Shown here: one piece after another, positions 59,358 to 64,000 of the stretch
How the letters are laid out: every line of letters starts with the position of its first letter
How positions within the stretch are numbered: the stretch's first letter is position 1
From: Coriobacteriia bacterium
GTDB taxonomy: Bacteria > Actinomycetota > Coriobacteriia > Anaerosomatales > JAAXUF01
Assembly (NCBI GenBank): GCA_013336165.1
Contig: JAAXUF010000008.1
Span: forward strand, 8,743 to 72,742
Reading direction: 5' to 3'
Length of the DNA: 64,000 bases
Made by a program: the position numbers and the translations under genes
Notes under the pieces: model-generated
Databases searched by the model: none
What the model was told of the DNA's origin: nothing
Seen by the model: only the letters and a program-made list of their open reading frames with translations

Positions 59358-61523
59358 TTGGAGGGTTTGGGGGGATTATCTGTGATCGCACCGCTCAGTT
59401 CGGCATTGTCGTTTTTCGGGTGGTTGATCGGAATCTTCGTCGGGTTGTTGATCCTGGGTTGGCTTGTAGGCTTCCGGGTCATACGCAACGACAAGGTCGG
59501 CGTGGTCGAGAAGTGGTGGAGCGCCAAGGGCTCGCTCAAGGACGCCATCATCGCGCTGAACGGCCAGGCCGGCTACCAGCCCGACGTGCTTCGTGGCGGT
59601 ATCCACTTCCGTACTCCGCTTATGTACCGGGTACATGTCATGCCGCTTGTGACCATCTCGCAAGGCAAGATCGCTTACGTCTTCGCGCGTGACGGCGTGC
59701 CGCTGACGCCCGGTCAGACGCTTGGCAAGGTCGTCCCCGGCAACTCCTTCGAAAACGTCAAGGCGTTCATGCAAGGCGGCGGTCAGCGAGGTCCTCAGCG
59801 GCAGATTCTTCGCGAAGGCACCTACGCGTTCAACCTTGCGCAGTTCATCGTCATCACCGAAGGCCGGATCTACTACCTGCCGATGGGCAGCCCGGCCGAG
59901 CAGGGCAACATCCAGATGATGGTCCAGCACTTGGCTGCGGTCGACGGATTCAATCCGATCGTCATCAAGGGTGCCGACGACAGGGTCGGCATCGTGACCG
60001 TGAACGACGGTCCTTCGCTGCCGCTGGGCGACATCATCGCGCCGAGTGTTGGTGACAAGCAGGAGGATCCCAACTACCACAACAACTTCCAGAATCCCGA
60101 GGCTTTTCTTGCGGGTGGAGGCTACCGTGGTCGGCAGTACCAGGTGCTCACGGAAGGCACGTACTTCGTGAACCGCCTGTTCGCTACCGTGGAGTACATC
60201 AACAAAACCATCGTGCCGGTGGGTTTTGCAGGCGTGGTCGTCGCGTACCATGGGCCCAAGGGTGCGGACATGTCCGGGGAGGAGTACCGTCACGGCGAGC
60301 TGGTCGCAAACGGCTACCGCGGCGTGTGGAACGAGCCGCTCATGCCCGGCAAGTACGCTTTCAACACGTATGCCGGATCGATCAGCATGGTGCCGACAAC
60401 CAACATCATTCTGAAGTGGATCGCTTCTGAGATGGGCTCTCACAGCTACGACGAGAACCTCTCGGAAATCGAGTTGATCACCAAGGACGCATTCGAGCCG
60501 CGTTTGCCGTTGTCGGTCGTCATCCACATCGACTACAAGAAGGCGCCGCTTGTCATTCAGCGCTTTGGCGACATCAAGATGCTCGTCAACCAGACGCTCG
60601 ACCCGATGGTATCGGCCTACTTCAAGAACATCGGTCAGACAAAGACGCTCATTGAACTCATCCAACAGCGCTCGGATATCCAGGGCCGTTCGAGCATCGA
60701 CATGAAGGAGAAGTTTGAGCGCTACAACCTCGAGCTGGAAGAAGTGCTGATCGGCACTCCGCGTTCGCCCGAGGGGGACACGCGTATCGAGCAGATTCTC
60801 ACGCAGCTGAGGGACCGCCAGATCGCTGTCGAGAGACTGGAAACGTATCAGAAGCAGAAAGTCGCCGCCGACAAGGAACGCGAACTCAAAGAGTCGATGG
60901 CAGTCGCCGAGCAGCAGACGATGCTCACGCAGTCCGAGATCAACATCAAGGTTCAGGAGAACTCCGGACGCGCCGAGCTCCAGCGCGCCGTTCAGGACGC
61001 CGAACGTGTCAAGACGCTGGCCGGAGCGGATGCCCAACGCATCAAGCTCCTGGCCGATGGAGACGCCGAGCGGGTCAAGCTCCTCGCAGGTGCTGAGGCG
61101 ATGCGCATCAAGGTGACGGCCGAGGCTGACGCCGACAAGGAAGCGCGCGTCGGTATCGGCCGAGCCATCGCGATCGAAGAGCAGGTGCGCGCCTACGGCG
61201 GCCCGCAGCTGCAGCTCATTCAAGAGGTCATGGGCCGCATGGCAACCGCTATCGAGACCGCCAAGATCCCGATCGTTCCCGCAACCTACGTGCAGATGGG
61301 GGGAGCAGAAGGAGAGGACAGCGGCTCGAACGCGAACGCCTTCGGCCTGCTCATGACGCTCCTCGCGACAGAGAAGCTGCAGACGACCGGTGCTGCTGCG
61401 CCCGTCGATGCGCAGCAAGTTGAGGCAACCAACGCAATCAAGAAGGCTATCCGAGAGCAGATGGCAAGCGCGCCACAGACGAAGACAGTCTCTACGCAGC
61501 AGTCCGCACCATCCGCCGAGTAA
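59358..61523 (+). CDS. Flotillin-like SPFH/band-7 protein with extended coiled-coil repeat tail
   Basis: An N-terminal TM/hairpin (FFGWLIGIFVGLLILGWLVG) and SPFH domain (VVEKW...GGIHFRTPLMYRVHV) precede a C-terminal flotillin-type repeat tail of the form AE.xRVK/IKLLAxG.AE. Confidence 0.75.
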   Translation: MEGLGGLSVIAPLSSALSFFGWLIGIFVGLLILGWLVGFRVIRNDKVGVVEKWWSAKGSLKDAIIALNGQAGYQPDVLRGGIHFRTPLMYRVHVMPLVTISQGKIAYVFARDGVPLTPGQTLGKVVPGNSFENVKAFMQGGGQRGPQRQILREGTYAFNLAQFIVITEGRIYYLPMGSPAEQGNIQMMVQHLAAVDGFNPIVIKGADDRVGIVTVNDGPSLPLGDIIAPSVGDKQEDPNYHNNFQNPEAFLAGGGYRGRQYQVLTEGTYFVNRLFATVEYINKTIVPVGFAGVVVAYHGPKGADMSGEEYRHGELVANGYRGVWNEPLMPGKYAFNTYAGSISMVPTTNIILKWIASEMGSHSYDENLSEIELITKDAFEPRLPLSVVIHIDYKKAPLVIQRFGDIKMLVNQTLDPMVSAYFKNIGQTKTLIELIQQRSDIQGRSSIDMKEKFERYNLELEEVLIGTPRSPEGDTRIEQILTQLRDRQIAVERLETYQKQKVAADKERELKESMAVAEQQTMLTQSEINIKVQENSGRAELQRAVQDAERVKTLAGADAQRIKLLADGDAERVKLLAGAEAMRIKVTAEADADKEARVGIGRAIAIEEQVRAYGGPQLQLIQEVMGRMATAIETAKIPIVPATYVQMGGAEGEDSGSNANAFGLLMTLLATEKLQTTGAAAPVDAQQVEATNAIKKAIREQMASAPQTKTVSTQQSAPSAE

Positions 61524-61547
61524 GCTGCACTGCAACTGATCCGATTG

Positions 61548-61575
61548 CGGGACCTCGGCACATTGCGGGGTCCCG
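61548..61575 (+). terminator. Weak hairpin after the flotillin gene
   Basis: A 7-bp stem cgggacc / ggtcccg with a 14-nt loop and a poor U-tract. Confidence 0.3.
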
Positions 61576-61614
61576 TATCCGTCAGGTGCTGAGCGGGCGT
61601 CTATACTGGGATGC

Positions 61615-62520
61615 GTGAATACTCATGTCGCCGAATACCTAGGGTATCTCTCCGTTGAACGTGGCGCCTCACGGCACACGCTGTCGGCGTACAAGCATGA
61701 CCTCGGTGAGTACTGCGTGTTTTTGGAGTCGCGCGGCATATCGGATGCCTCCGTCATAACCCGGGACGACGTCACAGCATTTGTCGCTGCACTGCGCGCG
61801 CGCGGGCTCGCTCCGAGCAGCATTGAGCGCAAGGTGGCTGCCCTCAAGGGCTTCCACAAGTTCCTCGTGCGCGATGGGGTTACCGAGAACCATCCGACCG
61901 CACGCCTTCCGCTGCCCAAAGTGCCGGATCAACTTCCATGCGTAGTCTCGATCGAGGAGATTGACCGGCTCTTGGCGCAGCCGTTCCCCGACACTCCGAT
62001 CGGTTTGCGCGACCGCGCCATTCTCGAGCTGCTGTATGGATGCGGGTTGCGCGTCAGCGAGTTGACCGGGCTGGGTCTAACGGACATGGATCTTGCCGAG
62101 GGCGCCATTCGCGTGTTCGGCAAGGGGCAGAAGGAGCGCCTGGTTCCGATTGGCGGAATGGCCGCTCATGCGATGCAGGGCTACCTCACCCATGGTCGCC
62201 CGCATCTGCACTCGAAGCGTTCAATCGGCGGTGCGGACCCCTCGGCTGTGTTCGTGAACTCCAAAGGCGGCAGAATCACCCGGCAGGCGATCTATGCGCT
62301 GGTGCGCAAGTACGGCCGCCGGGTGGAACTGACACTGCATCCGCACACGTTGCGGCACTCGTTTGCGACCCACCTTCTTGAAGGGGGAGCCGATCTGCGT
62401 GCGGTTCAGGAAATGCTGGGGCATGCCGACATCTCGACCACGCAGGTCTACACTCATGTCGACGGGCGTCATATCAGGGAGGAATACCTCACGACGCATC
62501 CGCGGGCACGGAGACGCTAG
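61615..62520 (+). CDS. xerD: Site-specific tyrosine recombinase XerD
   Basis: An N-terminal SAM-like domain is followed by the catalytic R...HxxR...Y set (LRHSFATHLL, HADISTTQVYTHV). Confidence 0.88.
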   Translation: MNTHVAEYLGYLSVERGASRHTLSAYKHDLGEYCVFLESRGISDASVITRDDVTAFVAALRARGLAPSSIERKVAALKGFHKFLVRDGVTENHPTARLPLPKVPDQLPCVVSIEEIDRLLAQPFPDTPIGLRDRAILELLYGCGLRVSELTGLGLTDMDLAEGAIRVFGKGQKERLVPIGGMAAHAMQGYLTHGRPHLHSKRSIGGADPSAVFVNSKGGRITRQAIYALVRKYGRRVELTLHPHTLRHSFATHLLEGGADLRAVQEMLGHADISTTQVYTHVDGRHIREEYLTTHPRARRR

Positions 62521-62533
62521 TGGAAGGATCACG

Positions 62534-62818
62534 ATGAGAAGGAATCCTGCGACAGGGAGGCGGACATCGCGCGGCGTGGTTCTGCTGCGTGCTGCCGCAT
62601 GGGGCACGGGCGTTGCGATCGGCGTCGCCGGAGGAGGATGGCTGACGGTAGTCAGCGGGTCCGGCGCGCCCGGCGCACTGTCACTGGGGATTGCGGACTT
62701 TCTCTGGCTTCCTGTGGCGTCAGCGGCTGTCGCCTTCGTCCTCGTCGTCGTGGTCCAACTGCTGTTCTTCGCGATCAAGGCGCGCGTCGTCGGCTCGAAC
62801 GGAGCCCACAGCGATTAG
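62534..62818 (+). CDS. Hypothetical small membrane protein
   Basis: Two predicted TM helices and high GC3. Starts 14 nt after the xerD stop. Confidence 0.35.
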   Translation: MRRNPATGRRTSRGVVLLRAAAWGTGVAIGVAGGGWLTVVSGSGAPGALSLGIADFLWLPVASAAVAFVLVVVVQLLFFAIKARVVGSNGAHSD

Positions 62819-63003
62819 GACCGCCGCCAAGAGGCCGAGGATGAACATGTCGAGAGGCAGTTCCGGGCGAAAATCGAATCCTCTAAGGACTGATCGCATC
62901 ACGTAGAGCGCCACGGCTCCCACCAAGACTGTCCACACAGGTACGCGAACTTTCGGTCTTATCACAGTCTCTTGTCCTTGGGGTCTCGGAATATGCTTCC
63001 ATT

Positions 63004-64000
63004 TCAGATTCGCGAATCTCGAAGGCGCCGCCACGCCAGCCGTGCAATCCAGAGTACCAGTCCGATCAGAAGCAGGGGAGACAGCGCTAGGACAACGGTG
63101 ATCGTCGCACGTATCACGGCTGCTGCGGCCTGGATACCGGCTGTGACCGCTTCGGAGAACCTCCAGTCTCCGTTTTCAGGCGCAATGATGGCGCCCGGTT
63201 CGGACAGCGAAAGCGTCAGCGTTGCCATCGCAGCCTGGCTCTCCAGCCAACCGACCTGCGCCTGCATCGACTCGATCTCGCCCCGCACTCGCGAAAGCTC
63301 GCGCTCGATTTCGAGCATTTCGCTCACCTTGGTGGCCTTAGCCAGAAACTCGCGCAGCCGGCCTTCCTCGGCGATCAGATTAGCGAGCCGGGCTCGCATA
63401 TCGATGTGCTGTTGGGTGACATCTCTCTCCGAGAGGCTCTGCGAAAGCACCGTGCCGAGGGCTGCAACGGCATCTTGGGCACCTGCGAGCTTGTCGGCTG
63501 GAATCCGCAGGGTGACAACGGCGCTTCGAGGGCCTGCAACGATGCCCGTCGCATCACCCAGCCGCTCAGTGGCAACGCCTGTCTCCAGAATGGACACATT
63601 CGAGGTTGTTCCGGAGTAGACGGTGAGGTTGGCGATCTCGCCGCCATTTGCAGCGACCGTCTTCCGAACCGCAGCAAGGGCATCGTCGAGATTGTCTACC
63701 TTGATCGACAGCGCCCCGCTCCTTACTACCAGCTTACCCTGGCTTCCATCAGAAGTTATCTGGGTGGTCGCGTTCTCGGCCGAGGAGCTCTTGCTGTCAG
63801 CTGCGCTGCCCTGCGTCGGAGATGCGGGAGCGGTGGCCGCGGAGTCAGTCGAGACTCCTAACGTGCTTCTGCCGAGCGTAGATGTGTCACCCATGAGGGT
63901 GCCGGATGACCATACGATGCCGGCGACCCACCCAAACGCAATAGCAGCACAGGCCGCTGCCAGCACCGCGCCGACCTTGAGCACACGCTTCGTCCGACTG
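63004..64000 (-). CDS. DUF4349 domain protein (membrane-anchored; may be N-terminally truncated by the window edge)
   Basis: An N-terminal anchor (AVLAAACAAIAFGWVAG), an S/T-rich linker, a coiled coil (RARLANLIAEEGRLREFLAKATKVSEMLEIERELSRVRGEIESMQAQV) and a C-terminal TM helix. Confidence 0.6.
   Translation of the reverse strand, partial: SRTKRVLKVGAVLAAACAAIAFGWVAGIVWSSGTLMGDTSTLGRSTLGVSTDSAATAPASPTQGSAADSKSSSAENATTQITSDGSQGKLVVRSGALSIKVDNLDDALAAVRKTVAANGGEIANLTVYSGTTSNVSILETGVATERLGDATGIVAGPRSAVVTLRIPADKLAGAQDAVAALGTVLSQSLSERDVTQQHIDMRARLANLIAEEGRLREFLAKATKVSEMLEIERELSRVRGEIESMQAQVGWLESQAAMATLTLSLSEPGAIIAPENGDWRFSEAVTAGIQAAAAVIRATITVVLALSPLLLIGLVLWIARLAWRRLRDSRI

Noticed and set aside
59376-61535. 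719-aa minus-strand ORF antisense to the flotillin gene
   Set aside because: It is a mirror ORF covering the same span. Its translation is L/R/D-rich with no domain signature, whereas the plus strand has clear SPFH/flotillin homology.
62720-63034. 104-aa minus-strand ORF with two hydrophobic segments and an acidic tail
   Set aside because: Its third-codon-position GC is only about 50% (5 of 14 codons in 62957-62998) against about 75% for the overlapping plus-strand ORF, and a 99-bp convergent overlap is unlikely. This is more probably lower-GC intergenic sequence.
1-64000. Search for CRISPR arrays, rRNA/tRNA genes, IS elements, prophage or defence islands
   Set aside because: No direct-repeat/spacer arrays, no tRNA-like cloverleaf candidates in intergenic regions, and no transposase or integrase genes. 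XerD is the chromosomal dif recombinase in its usual pyrG-proximal context.

Overview
Scope and caveats: every family assignment below comes from reading motifs in the translations by eye; no HMM, BLAST or structure search was run. No rRNA, tRNA, CRISPR array, transposase or integrase was found.

This is a high-GC (about 65%) chromosomal segment, almost entirely on the + strand, dominated by conserved housekeeping genes in an actinobacterial/Gram-positive arrangement. In order it carries: a partial RecJ-HIRAN-RecQ fusion gene; rel; an MBL-fold hydrolase; hisS; aspS; a lipoprotein; rarA; a UsfX/RsbW-like anti-sigma factor with a SigF-like sigma factor; an AI-2E transporter; alaS-ruvX-mltG; an ABC-2 exporter; a YqeG-like phosphatase followed by aroE. 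A complete type IV pilus locus (two PilB-like ATPases, pilC, two tandem near-identical pilins, pilD, pilM, pilN, pilO) sits between aroE and aroC-aroK-aroB-aroQ. Three prepilin-type minor pilins follow aroQ, including a 570-aa pilin with repeated beta-domains. Downstream are a pepQ-like gene, efp, a PycB-like carboxyltransferase+BCCP protein with a biotin carboxylase, asp23, nusB, an orphan xseB, dxs, tlyA, nadK and recN. Next come a minus-strand GT2-murJ operon, pyrG, an M20 peptidase, ald, a 721-aa flotillin, xerD, and a DUF4349 gene at the right edge.

The most interesting, apparently undescribed feature is a three-gene module wedged between the two PilB paralogs inside the pilus locus: Roadblock/LC7, a DUF4388-like protein and an MglA/CvnD-like small GTPase, plus a small membrane protein. 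It is a candidate GTPase switch controlling the pilus motor.

Other notable points:
- The RecJ(C-terminal)-HIRAN-RecQ single-polypeptide architecture.
- An xseB fused by start/stop overlap to nusB with no xseA.
- Tandem pilin duplication with an intervening two-tier hairpin.
- Deep Bacillus-like synteny in a high-GC genome.
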